DNA of 64,000 bases, taken from NCBI RefSeq assembly GCF_036321535.1, contig NC_087437.1:96350001-96414000 (forward strand), read 5' to 3'. The stretch comes from Camelus dromedarius (taxonomy: Eukaryota). Both the position numbers and the translations under genes were made by a program. The notes beneath the pieces are model-generated. The model did no database searches, was not told where the DNA came from, and saw nothing but the letters and a program-made list of their open reading frames with translations. Positions 1 through 12,454 of this stretch are shown here, in pieces. The stretch's first letter is position 1, and every line of letters begins with the position of its first letter.

Positions 1-1431
1 ACTCTTCTGAAAACATTGCATGTTTTGCACAGTGGACTTCAAAACATATTTATTTGATTAAATTAAAGAATACAATGCTCAAAAACCAAAAGAAATGAAA
101 AAGAGCTGCTCTATTGTAAAACCAGTTGGACAATGAAGGCCACAGGGGGTCAAGCCCCCAAATCAAAGAGGAGATGCTCACAAGGAGAGGCTAACGTATA
201 GAACACCCTACTGAATACTCCACGCTTCTCACCTGTATCTTCTCCACTGGGTATTGACTTGGCAAACTCAGTGTGGAATCTTTGCCAGGAAGAATTACGT
301 TGATTTTGGAAATCTAAAAAGACCTATGGCAGGAAAGGGACAAACAGGGAAGTGAGAAAGAAAAGAAGGTAGACTGAGGGCTCTTTCTGGATCTGAGTGC
401 TCAGTGAGAGAGCCTCTCCTCCCATTCCTTCCACCTACCCTCAAATGTTTCTGGAGAGGCAGTTTCAGGAACCAGGTAAATTCATAGTGGTGGAAATGGA
501 AAAGGGACCTAGCAAAAAATAACCAATATCAAGACTGTACACTAGGTTAGACTTTGCTTCTTTCCAAATAAGAATCAACAGAGAAATATAAAATTGGCCT
601 TTCACATAGGTGAAAGGAGTTAGGGAAATTTTAAGACAATTGTTCAAAGTGAAACACAGGAAACGATAGCTGTTTACTTTACTATAAACACAATGAATTT
701 AGCCTTTAATGATTCACTTTGCTCTTTATAGAATAATAAAAAAAAAAGAGAGAGAAACTTTCATTTATCATGTAATGATCCATATATATTGGCTGAGATG
801 CTTAATCAGTGCATGATATAAATACTAAAGCCATATGCTCATCTCATTATAAAAAGAAATCTTCGTGCTTGTAAACATAAAATTGTTATAGTTTTTTGAA
901 AAAGTCAATAGGCATTGCTACAATTTAACTTTTATTTATATAAGAAGACTCCCAAATCATCAATGAATTTTGCTATTCAGTACAAAAAAAAAAAAAAAAG
1001 ACTTAAAATGGCGTATGGAAATAATTACAGGGGCAAAATTCTCGTTTCAGTAGGCACATTATACCCACCAATATGAAAAATTAGGCTTTTTATTGACCAA
1101 GTGATGTAAGAATGTATCATAAGTAAAGACAAGGTTAAAAAGCATCATGAGAAAGGATTGGTATTAGCAATGGTCATTTTATTCAACTATCTCATGGTTA
1201 CAGCAAATACATAGTAGGCTAACATAAATGGAAATGATTTATGCATTTTAGCTACATTTATATTCTTTGTTTCTCACATTGAACAATGTATAGATGTTTA
1301 AGTATCTCGTGATTTTAAAACTATAGATTAAGTAAAAACTTCATTTCCATTTGCACATCCTTTTGCTACATCATTTATTCAATAAACACTACAAGGCTGC
1401 CTGCAAGGCCAGTACCAGACCAGTATGTAAT

Positions 1432-1551
1432 AGCCCAAGGGTCAAACTGGTCCGTTACCAATTTTCATAGGGTTAGTGAGGTAAGAACAGTATTTACATT
1501 TTAATTTTTTTAGTTAATGTTTTATTGAAGTATAGTTGATTTACAGTATTA
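1432..1551 (+). repeat. Direct-repeat copy 1 of a 120-bp local duplication (copy 2 at 2712-2831)
   Basis: Ungapped match at an offset of exactly 1280 bp with 6 substitutions, all transitions. Confidence 0.95.
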
Positions 1552-1552
1552 T

Positions 1553-1614
1553 GACACTTTGAATATCTTACAACTTTATTTGTCAGTCATACCTCAATAA
1601 ATCTGGGGGGGAAA
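1553..1614 (+). mobile_element. Old L1 (L1MA/MB-type) extreme 3' tip
   Basis: tttatttgtcagtcatacctcaataaatctggggggg resembles the L1M terminus ...gtcaattatacctcaataaagctgggg. Confidence 0.55.
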
Positions 1615-2693
1615 AGCCATTTAGAAAACAAGGCAAGACATGTAGGAGGGTGTCTAGAAGAGACCTACAGCATGGTGGAAAATGAAATGTCCTGTTAAAA
1701 CAAATGTTCTTCTAGGAAAGAAGAGAAGGAAAAGAGGAAAGAAAATGAAAGGATAATAAGAGAGGAGAGAAAGGAGTAGAAAACGTTGAAGGGAAAAGAA
1801 TTTTCAAAATTGACTGACATCCTCGCCTTAGAGGGTTGCCCTGCACTCCTGTATTGGGATAGTGAAGACGTTTCCTTCTCTAAAATTGCACTGACACAAG
1901 GAAGCCTCCATGCTTAAAGAAAACATTTTTCCCCCATGGATCATGTTCTATTCTAATCTGAACACCATAAGGATTTATTGCAGCATATGCCAGAGGACAA
2001 AGGAAAAGAAACACGTACATCATCTTTTCCAGAGCTAATTTGGATGTCAAAATTACTAATTCATGTAAGAGGCCACAAAACTATGCAGCTGGATAAAATA
2101 CAGATTTAATGCAATGGAAAAATTATCAAATTATTTCCTTTTAAAAATGACATATTCCTCACAGTTTAACATATTTCCTTGATCATCATGTCTAAGTCCC
2201 GAGCAAAGCAGATAGTGCTGTTTCAATAAAGTGATGAGTCCAGATTCTGGAAATTTTAAGATGTTAATTGCTTCTTAATGACTTGAAAGATATCATTCAT
2301 TTTTTGCTATTAATTTAATGGCTAATAGTAAATAGAAAGTTCTATTCTGTTTAACTGACATTCAGAAAATTAGCTGCCAAAGCTGATGGTTAACTATAAG
2401 AATTTAAATTACATATAATGTTCTTTGGTATTTTTTGTCTTCTTCAATTATAATGGTTCCAATTTTCTTTCCCTTGAACTAGTGAGGATGCTTTCATTTT
2501 AAATGACTTTGAAAATACAGAACACTACCAATTTAATATTTCTATATGTAATACTACTTTAATAAACTATTTCATTTTTTAAATAAAGCCAATATAATTT
2601 ATTCAGTTTCCTATGATAGTTGTTTAGTAACACATCCTCCACAAAAGAAATATCTCTCATTTTGTAAGTACTTTTAAAAAGTATAATCTAGTA

Positions 2694-2783
2694 TAGAGGT
2701 CCACAAATAACAGCCCAAGGGTCAAATTGGTCCATTACCAATTTTCATAGGATTAGTGAGGTAAGAACAGTATTTATACTTTA
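2694..2783. mobile_element. MER58B-like hAT-Charlie DNA transposon fragment, interrupted by an L1
   Basis: gaggtccacaaataacagcccaagggtcaaattggtcc...gtgaggtaagaacagtattt resembles the MER58B terminus; continues as gtatttacatttttaaa after the L1. Confidence 0.6.
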
Positions 2784-2966
2784 ATTTTTTTAGTTAATGC
2801 TTTATTGAAGTATAGTTGATTTACAGTATTACATTAGTTTCAGGTGTACAGCATGATGATTCAATATTTTTATAGACTGTACTCCATTTAAAGGTATTAC
2901 AAAATAATGACTATATTTCTTTGTGCTGTACAATATATCCTTGTTGATTATTTATTTTATACATAA
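2784..2966 (-). mobile_element. L1 3' end (artiodactyl-type), 5'-truncated
   Basis: tttattgaagtatagttgatttacagt...tttcaggtgtacagc is the reverse complement of an L1 3'UTR; probable TSD gtatttacatttt. Confidence 0.85.
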
Positions 2967-4060
2967 GGTATTTACATTTTTAAATACTTACAATATAAGT
3001 AGTTAAGTACATACATTTAAGATCCTTGATTTATATATAAAAGACACATGTATTAATGTTACTGTAATATATATATGAGTACATAATATCATATATGTAT
3101 GTATGTATGGGTGTCTTCTCCCCTTTAAATACTCCTTTTTAGAAACAAACTTTTCACCCTAAACGGCCTCAAGTGTTCTAGTAAGTAAGGCTACTTTGTC
3201 ACAGATTGTGTCTGTACTCTCTCTCTAAGTATGTATTATATACAGATTTAACACCTGATGCAATTGTGTCAGGTCTGAAATGCTAGGAAATCGGTCTATG
3301 TGAGCAGCGATTTGGATAACTATTAGTCCTGCTTGGCCATCTTATTGTCTCTGCTGCCATTTCTGCTCAGTTCCCTTAGAGGCCAGCACTGATATATATA
3401 CACAGAAAGGGAGAGAGAGAGCACGCTTGCATTTTCCAGACCACTCAAGGCTATATAGACTGAAAAGTTACTATCTGAAACTGAGTGTATATCAAAGAGG
3501 AGGGGCTAGGTATTGCAAGACAGCACACATCTCCAAGACATCATATGTAAGGTAACCTAAATCTTGAGAATGTTTTAAGTTGCTATAAGGCATAGATTTT
3601 CATTTCCATACTAGTACACTTTATTTATTATCCTAGCTTTGCATACTGTAGTGTCTGGGCTTCCAACTGATAAGTTCTGCCATCCAAATACTAAGAATAG
3701 GCTGGCAAGAGGACAGAGGGTATTTAAAAAAGGCTGCCATATTTCACCACAGACATTTTCAAAGGAGATTTTCTTTGAATTTCCAGGAGGAATTTTGAGT
3801 GAGTAGGGTTATCACCAATTCAAAAAAACTCTGCCATTTTCTATGCTAGATTGTGAAAACAGTATCAAATTCCCTCACTTATTTGTAAGGTTGTGATGGA
3901 TGATACGATTAATCAACGAATTTTTCTAGCTTCATTTCATTTAGAAGGCTTAGCTATGCTTCAGTTCTATACAAACACTGCGTAAGAAATAAAGAAACCA
4001 AGTGTAAGAAACAAACTACAATTAGATGCTTTAATAAGGGGTGCTTAAAACTATGTTTCT

Positions 4061-4356
4061 ATAAAACAGAAACAGACTCCCAGACATAGTAAACAATCTT
4101 ATGGTTACCAGGGGGAAAGGAGGTGGGAAGGGATAAATCTGGGAGTTTGAGATTTGCAAACGTTAGCCACTATATTTAAAAACAAATTTCTTCTGTATAG
4201 CACAGGGGGCTATATTCAGTATCTTGTAATAACCTTTAAAGGAAAAGAATATAAAAACAAGTATATGTGTGTATATGACTGGGACATTGTGCTGTATACC
4301 AGACATTGACACATTGTAACTGACTATACTTCAATAAAACAAAACAAAACAAACAA
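4061..4356 (+). mobile_element. L1 3' end (camelid/artiodactyl-type) with 14-bp TSD
   Basis: Typical 3'UTR ending ctgactatacttcaataaaa plus an (AAAAC)n tail; TSD aaaactatgtttct at 4047-4060 and 4357-4370 at a tt/aaaa endonuclease site. Confidence 0.92.
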
Positions 4357-4614
4357 AAAACTATGTTTCTTTTACTAACATAAAAAGTACATTATTAATT
4401 ACTATCATGTAGTTTTGTTTATAAGGTAGTCATAATCACTGTTTAAATCCAATGGTTTATCCCTTTGATTATGATTTAAAATCATAAATATATGACTCTG
4501 AATATATTATAATAAATATTATATTATATTATAATTTCAGTTCCTGAGCACAAGTTTTGTAAAAGGAAAGGAAATATAATGTAGTAACATTTTGAGCCTA
4601 ACTGAAACAGTACT

Positions 4615-5292
4615 TTTGCAGAAAACAAACCTGACTCTATACTGAATCTATTCCTTTAGCTCTAACCATTGCATCCTTCTGCCTGTGCTTAGTCATGCTG
4701 GCTCTGAACCCTTGTAAAAGAATGTTACCTGTAGCCTGAAATATACATGATAGTCTATTCTCAAGGCTCTGCCTCCAGGCTTGACTTTCATTTTTTATTA
4801 TATATATATTTTTTTGGCTTTGGGGAGAGGTAACTAGGTTTATTTATTTATTTCAGTGGAGGTACTGGGGATTGAACCCAGGACCTTTGGTGTGCTAGGC
4901 ATGCACCCTACCACTGAGCTATACCCTACCCCAGGCTTGACTTTTAAAGGTACAACACTTCAGTCATATAAAGATGAAAAGTTGTGGAAGAGAATAACAA
5001 TTGTCTTCTTGGAGGTTTACAGAAACACTGTGGCTAGATCTTCCTGAGCAGCTGCAAGAACAAAGGATTCTGGCACCAAGAAGTTTGCAACAACTAATCA
5101 CAACCCTCCCCTTTTAGCACAAAAGAAGGCTGGATTCTAACTCTGATAAAATGGTTCTTTGGGACACTAGTCCACCATTTTCTCTGTCTGCTGGCTTTCT
5201 GAAAAAAGTCCACTATTTTTTGACCCAATACCTCATCTCTCTATTAATTGGTCTGTTGTATGGTGAGCAGTATGAGCTTGAATTTGGTAACA
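4615..5292 (+). mobile_element. ERV1-type solo LTR (MER4-group-like), interrupted by a SINE
   Basis: Contains ctttgggacactagtccaccattttctctgtctgctggctttctg and ends gagcagtatgagcttgaatttggtaaca (...CA terminus); 5' boundary approximate. Confidence 0.65.
4789..4930 (-). mobile_element. tRNA-derived SINE resembling camelid Vic-1, with 14-bp TSD
   Basis: Minus strand has A box TAGCTCAGTGG, B box GGTTCAATCC and an A/AT-rich tail; perfect TSD ccaggcttgacttt at 4775-4788 and 4931-4944. Confidence 0.9.
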
Positions 5293-7764
5293 ATATCAAA
5301 TAAAAAATTCTAATATTATGAACCAAATTTTAGAAATCATAAATTAAAAAAATAATTTATCAATTATTCAAAGTATTTTAATGCTGATAGACCAAGTTAA
5401 TGGTGAATTGTTTATGCTCCTGCCACATGGCAGGACCACAGTTTAAAAAAAAAAATTCTGTCACTCTGTGTGAATTGTGAATGACAAGAGATTTGGAATA
5501 TGTAAGGGATTTAACAACATATTTCCTTGCATGTATTACAATTGCAATGTACTAGACCTGAGTCAGAAGGTATATAAAAGTAGAAAATTGTATATATACA
5601 TACAGTCGTCCAAGGATTGCTAGTATAGAAGACTCACACTTCTTAATGCTAAAATAAGCTGCATTAACAAAGATGGTGAACATGTGTTATGTGTTACTGC
5701 ATAGCTACTGAATTTTTTGAGTTGACAGATACTTCCTTTGGACATAAGCTATCAAATTTTTCTTTATTCCTTAGGTTTTATATCAAAATAGACACTTAAA
5801 TTGGCTTTAAAAAAATATAAGAAAACTCCAAACTGCATAATTTTTTGCAGATAGTGTTCTGATTATTTTATATATCATTTTCTTTTGAAATCCAGTATTT
5901 CTACACATAAATTAGTTTCTATATTCCTCTTGTATCATCTCAGAAGGTCACATCTGACCACATTTGAATCCTCAAAAATCCCCAAAGACATGCTAACTTG
6001 AATAATTCATAAAATAGAGTATTTTTATTCTTAAAGCATCAATGTTGATACAGGCTGACACCTAGTTTTGCTCTTAAAATGTAACAAGTCCCAAAAAAAT
6101 AAGAACTGTGGCAGTGGGGGTGGGGAGGTGGATTAGAAAATGAGTGGGAGACTATTTTTTTTCCATATTGCAATTAGCCTTCTCTGGTTCTATAATATAG
6201 TGGTTAAGACTATGCAAAAATAATTTTTTGCATATGCATATATTTCACTATAACATATTACATTTCATTCCACAGAGGGGAAAGCTGGCAGTCTGATGAA
6301 TGACTATGTTATGATTATGCTACAAAATATTTCTTCCATCTCTCAAACGTTCATCAACCCAACATGACATACCTGATTTTTTTAAACCTGAAACTTAAGA
6401 AAATCTGAAGATAATATAAAACATGGGTTGGAAAACCTATGAAGCAACTGTATTACAAATCACACACATTCAGCTAAGATCAAGCATAGCTATATAGGAT
6501 CAACATTAATTAAAGAGTTAAATCCAAAGTCATAACACATGCTCAGAGTAATAAGAAAAGATTTTAAAGAAATGAATCAACATTCAAATGTTAAAGATTT
6601 ATATAAAGCTAATGAAATTATGAACTAATAAATACAAGGCCCTGTTTGGGAAGGGGTCAAACTGATGGGACCAAAATGTCATGAAAGACACAAGAGATGT
6701 ATTGAATAATATGCCATTATATGTTTCACATTAAATTCTCTTGTCAAGCTGAAAGTGCCTATTCTAATAAAAACCTGAAAAAGACCAAAAGTTAAAGCAG
6801 CCTTTGGTTCCCAGAGGATTATATAGGTCAACTATTAGGATCTGTAATAACGTCTAGAGGGAGGTATCCAGGAATTCTGGACTTAAGGACATTTGAATAC
6901 TGTAAGTGTTCAATACAGGGAATGGGAAACAGGTTTTTTAAAGAAAAAAAAAATCACATATGGTGAAATGAGAGCAAGGCTGAGTTCGGATAATGTCATT
7001 ATCTCACAACTTCACTACAAAGTCATTCTCAATTAAGAATGGAGTCTTAATTTCGACAAAGTGGCTCCTCTGATCCGGGTGTTGTATGTTAGTAACTGTT
7101 TATGTTGTGAATTTTTTACACGGTAAACCTACCAAATTCCTTTATAAACACCTATCAGATGAAATTTAAGATATGTTCATTTCATGGTCTCCAATGATCT
7201 GAGATACCCTATTTCTTTCCTGACCTTTCCCCACCCTGTTTCATTCTTAACTGGCCTCTGTTGCCTGTACACATTGATCGGTAGACAAAGCATTGTCAGA
7301 TGGAATCAATATATCATTGCTTCATATTGAGACTGGTTCTTGCTTAGTACACTTTCATTTTTTTAGCAGATCAATAGTGCTAAACTGATGCATTACAAAT
7401 TGGGGGTACAATTAGTATCTGTCTTCAAGCTAGTTAACATGGACTACAACATGATAGTTAGACTTTAGATGGAAGACACTCTTCTGAAACTTTTAAATCC
7501 ATACTTAAAATTTCCTCTAAAATATAAATATTTTAAAGAGAAATTTCTGATTTTTAAAAAACAACTACTTTCACATTTCTTAGTATTAATTTGATTTCAA
7601 GATATTTTCTTATTAGTTTTTTAATTAAATATTACTTGAAATAAACTGTTTTCCATTGATAGGTAGGAAAAGTTCTTTTTTGAGTCTACAGTCCTGGTGT
7701 AGAAAGAAAATAATCAGATTCATAGATTGTTCATTTAAGATACTTAAATTCAAGTATATCAATT

Positions 7765-7940
7765 AATTTTATTTTTGTAATACATTTTTATTGAAGTACA
7801 GTCAGTTTACAATGTTGTGTCAATTTCCGGTGTATAGCACAATGCTTCAGTCGTATAGAAACAAACATATGTTTGTTTTCATATTTTTTTCACCATAAGT
7901 TACTACAAGATATTGAATATAGTTCCCTGTGCTATACAGT
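7765..7940 (-). mobile_element. L1 3' end, 5'-truncated
   Basis: tttattgaagtacagtcagtttacaatgttgtg...gaatatagttccctgtgctatacagt; degenerate TSD aagtat(at)caatt. Confidence 0.88.
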
Positions 7941-8667
7941 AAGTATCAATTTTAAATGAATTTTTTGAGTTAGCTTTATTTTGTTATCTATGTAAAAAAG
8001 GCAGACTTACGAAATTTTTTAAAAAGAACGTTTAGAATTAACTTTTTTTACACTACACAGTTGCTTTAATGCCTCTTCTTTACCTCATTTTTGGTTTGCA
8101 CTGAGGGTTCATCTGACTGGTAACAAAAGACCATCGAGCCCATTTTCCTTCAATTTCATCAATATATTCATTAACAGGACTTCATCAATCTCACTGCACT
8201 AAGAAAATATTAAATCTTCCAAGCATATTAAAATTGATTTTATGATTTGGAAATCAAGTATTCATTATTAGACTATTTCTTCATTTTATACGTGAGTGCA
8301 TTAAAAATAAAAATACTCAGACTAAGTGGCCTTAAAATAAAAGAGTGATATCCAGTGAAGCCATTATCTTTGTAAAAGTAATAAGGTATACAATTTATCC
8401 AATTTGACCCTTAACAACAAAAACACTGTTCCATATTGATTTGCTCCTGCTTTACCTAGGATCCAATAAGTAGCTGGACCTCATCAACTTTTCATTATAC
8501 ATGGCAATGGGGAACATGGGGAAGAGCAAATAAACCCTAAACCTTTTTGGCAGCATTTTGCAGTACACAGTTTGAGGGTCTCAGCCTAGGTTTGAAACTC
8601 AGCTTTCCTTAGTTATCATGAATGGTGATAAAAATTAATATCTTATTAGACTGTATGTGTTCAATGA

Positions 8668-9740
8668 GCTCATTCAGTCAACCTGTTGGTCAGTAGGTTA
8701 ATTTCTTGCAATATTTACAGAGTTGTTGTATTAGGAGATGGAAACACAGCCCTAAACAGGAGTACATAACCCTTATCCTCCCTCTGAGAGATTACATTTT
8801 AGTAAGGCTGACCAATTTAACATACTTATGTAGTAATTTACTTAACTAAAATTGTGATTATAGCCGCATATGGGAAATTTGGAGTCTCAACTTGTCTGAT
8901 CATTCTTGAAAGATTTCCATAGAGGCTATGATTTAAGTTTTGCCAAGAAAGATGTCCAGGCATTGTTTGGTGAAAGATAGCAAAGAGGAGGTCTTTTCAG
9001 CAGAGGGAACAACATAGTCAAACATAGGAAGAAGAATGGCATGTGGGAGGAAATGAAAAGGGCTGTGTAAGGATCCTGCAGGACCTTGTATGCAACATTA
9101 AGGATGCTGGATTTTTCCAAAAAGCAAAAGAAGGTCATTGAAGAGTTTCAAGTAACAGAGCAACATGATTAGGGCTAAGGGTGGCCTCAGGCAGACCATA
9201 TAACAAGCTGTTTCATATTCCTGGGGAGAAATGCCGCTGCTTTGACTAGGATGGTGGCAGTACGATTAGGAAAAAGAGATGGATTTGCAATGATATTTAA
9301 GAGAGGAAATCCACTACACCTGATGACCGAATAAGGAGCATAAGGAAAAGAAAAGGGGCAAGATAGACATAGGAATTTCCGAACTGAGAAATTTCATAAC
9401 GGTGGAGACATTCACTGAGATAGGCTATGATGGAAGAGTAGGATAACAAACCAACCAACCCAAACCAAACCCAACAGTAAGCCAAAAGGAAATGCTTCCA
9501 AGTAGGTATTTGGATATCTAGAGCTGACGCTCAGGCGGTAGGTCCAGGTGAGAGTTGTATATTTGAGATATCAGCTCACAGAAGCCATGGAGTAGAGGTG
9601 ATTGCCTAGGGAGACACACAGAATGAAAGGTTTAAGTGCACACACAACTATGTCTAGAGGAACTCAGTTTCTTAAAAGTTATATGATGAGAATTACATCT
9701 AAGAAGGAGGAGCAGTTGCCAGAGAGCGAGAAGGAAAATC
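8668..9740 (-). mobile_element. L2 LINE fragment
   Basis: Starts with a cattcagtcaac L2-tail-like motif, followed by typical antisense L2 text (cagcagagggaacaacat, aggaccttgtatgc, gactaggatggtggcag, gagatggattt). Confidence 0.75.
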
Positions 9741-10522
9741 CTCTGAGTGAGAGCATGCCAAGCACCCTACCTCGCCCACAGCACCACTGCCTAAGTGTCA
9801 CTTAGCAGTGACACTGCCAGTATGACAAAGAATAACAGAGCATAAAACAGAGCAGCTTAGGAAAGTATAATAGAGGATACGCACTACCTAGTTTATGTTC
9901 ATCTTTCCCAGCTAATAAACCGAGATACCCCAGTGGTCCAGGACCCCCCAAACCCCTTTCCTCCTCGGAGCTGCTTTTAATACCTTCTTTCTCTCTCTCA
10001 TTCTTGCTCTATTGGCTCCTGTCCAACAGAAAATCTTTTAACTTTCAACTTATGTGTGTTTGATACCTCACTGGAAGACCCACTCTGAACAGAATCTGAG
10101 ATGCTGAGAGGCCAGGTGGGAGCAGTGGTAGTGAGAAGGAAGGTAGGAAGCAGAGGGGATTCAACCCTGCAAAAGATTCCTTCATCACTAGCCCCCAGTG
10201 GCAGGCAGTGTCCCCGAGGCAAGCCACATGTCCTCACTTCTCCAGTGGGCTCAAAACAACAAAATAATCCAGGCCCACCCTCTTACATCTCTAGCCTATG
10301 TTCTGCTGGAGGCCTCTCCTCAGATCTTGTGAATCAGTTCCTGCCACTTAAACCTGTAACGGTCACTGACTGGTGAGGCAGGAAAATACCAGAGGAAGGC
10401 TCTAGGCACATAAGTCAATGTACTGCTCCAGTAGAGGATGATCCATTCCTGATCTTCAGAGTCAAAACTCAGAATGAAATTTCCCACAATTCCCTCTTCC
10501 TCGTGGTGTTAAAAGCTAATTA

Positions 10523-10666
10523 ATGACTGAACATGACGGATGCTCACTAAACTTACTCTGGTAATCATTTCATGATGTATGCAAGTCAAACCATTAGGCT
10601 GTACAGCTTAAACTTGTACAGTGCAGTATATCAATTATATTTCAATAAAACCAGAAGGGAAAAAAA
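10523..10666 (+). mobile_element. L1MB/MC-type 3' end
   Basis: ggtaatcatttcatgatgtatg...tgtacagcttaaacttgtacagtgcagtatatcaattatatttcaataaaacc followed by an A-rich tail. Confidence 0.75.
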
Positions 10667-10685
10667 CACTAATTAAAGACTATCC

Positions 10686-10890
10686 GTGGGTAGGCAATTT
10701 TTTCTCTGAAAAGTTTGGCTTTTCAGGCCTAAAGGTCTCTGCTGCAACTACTCAGCTTTGCATGATGACCCTAAAACAACCATAGGCAATATGCTAGTAA
10801 ATGAGCGTGGCTGTGTTCTGATAAAATTATATTTAAGACATTGGGAGGAAGACTGGACTTGGCCCACAGACCATAATTTGCCAACCCCTG
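10686..10890. mobile_element. MER58A (hAT-Charlie)
   Basis: ggtctctgctgcaactactcagc...gagcgtggctgtgttctgataaaa...ggcccacagaccataatttgccaacccctg, with TIR-like ends. Confidence 0.85.
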
Positions 10891-11463
10891 GCTTATAATA
10901 CCATTAATGCCTTCATAGATTTCAGGCACTGAGCTAAATCAGGTTTTGTAGACTAGTGTGGGAGCAACTAAAAACTACATCTAATATTGTTTCTATGCAA
11001 AACTATCACACTACAAATGATTATTTACAAATGAATTTTGGGAACACCATCAATTCACAGAGGGTATTTTGCATTCCTCAAACAGAATTACTTTTATTTA
11101 TACAAGACTAAAAGGGGAAAAAAGCCTGTATATAAAATGTCATTCCTTACATTTCCTATAAAATTCTGTAAACGCACTGATCTAGCCTGAATACACAAGT
11201 AGTTTTTTTGTTTGTTTTATAATCCCCGCTTTGTGCTTATTCTGCCTATATACATTAGCAAACACAAGAGAGTCAAAACAAATTCCAAAGATTTTATTCC
11301 AAATTGCTAAAGAAGTAGGAAGCATATTGTACATAGAATGTATGCTGCAGACAGAGTCATTCTGTTCAGTTTTACTAAATATTTGTAGCTATGACAATGT
11401 CCAGCACAAGCCTCTTAATCCTTATTCTTAGTTCCCAGGTTTGGAGTTGAAAGGTATCTCTAC

Positions 11464-11677
11464 TGGGAATGCAAAATGTAGAATAGATAAACAAGATTAT
11501 ACTGTATAGCACAGGGAAATATATACAAGACTTTATGGTAGCTCACAGCGAAAAAAATGTGACAATGAATACATGTATGTTCATGTATAACTAAAAAATT
11601 GTGCTCTGCACTGGAATTTGACACAATATTGTAAAATGACTATAACTAAATAAAAAAAATGTTAAAAAAAAAAAAAA
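11464..11677 (+). mobile_element. Young camelid-type L1 3' end with poly-A tail and 15-bp TSD
   Basis: TSD gaaaggt(a/g)tctctac at 11449-11463 and 11678-11692; clean poly-A tail; CpG retained (cacagcgaaaa). Confidence 0.92.
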
Positions 11678-11951
11678 GAAAGGTGTCTCTACACCCAATT
11701 ACTGCTGTTCACTCTGGAGAAAGCGAAACATCAGCATCAAACCACCACTGTCATTACTGAATCTCCTCTAAGACTTCCTTGTAGACTGATGGACTTCCCT
11801 TGGATTTGACAGAAACAAAACACAGCCTTTCTAGATTTAGCATCAACATCTCCTCTGGGCTAGGCTAAGGACTAAAGCCAACTAGCCTGCCCCTTTTCAT
11901 CACTGACTAGCCTTCTTCTTTTATGGAGCCATTTATAGATTATTTCTTTAC

Positions 11952-12065
11952 TCAACCCACATTTATTGAATAGTATGAGCCAAATCTGAGCTAGATGCTG
12001 GGAACACAGGATGAAAGTAAGACAGATTCTGCTTTGGGAAGGCTCAAGTCCAGGGAGGGTACCAT
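11952..12065 (-). mobile_element. L2 3' fragment
   Basis: catttattgaatagtatgagcc...gctagatgctgggaacacaggatgaaagtaagacaga. Confidence 0.6.
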
Positions 12066-12454
12066 TTCAGGAAGAATATGCAAATAAGGTAATCACTAAA
12101 AGCTGAAAAAAGAAGCTTAATTTAACAGAAATCAATAATTATTTACATCCATTTTTGAACTGCAGGTGACTTCAACAATTAATTAGAAAATTATCCTGAA
12201 TAGCCTGTAGAACATTTAGCTTTTCTACATTAGTGCTTGCTCTTCCATAGATATTTGTTGAATGAGTAGATTTTTATATTGCTTTTCTGTTATGGTATCA
12301 TCTTAACTCCTCACCCAAGCAACAATTCTTGAAATCTTTAATTTCATCTTGCTACCATGTCCAATCAAATTCCATTGAGTATTTTGCAGATTTTCCCATA
12401 TGCAAATTTCCTTCTCACTGACACTGAGATCATCATCACATTTCGTACACTAAG

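Noticed and set aside
4856..5047. ORF and tRNA-like sequence
   Set aside because: It runs through the antisense SINE and the LTR; the tRNA-like part is a SINE head with a tail and TSD, not a tRNA gene
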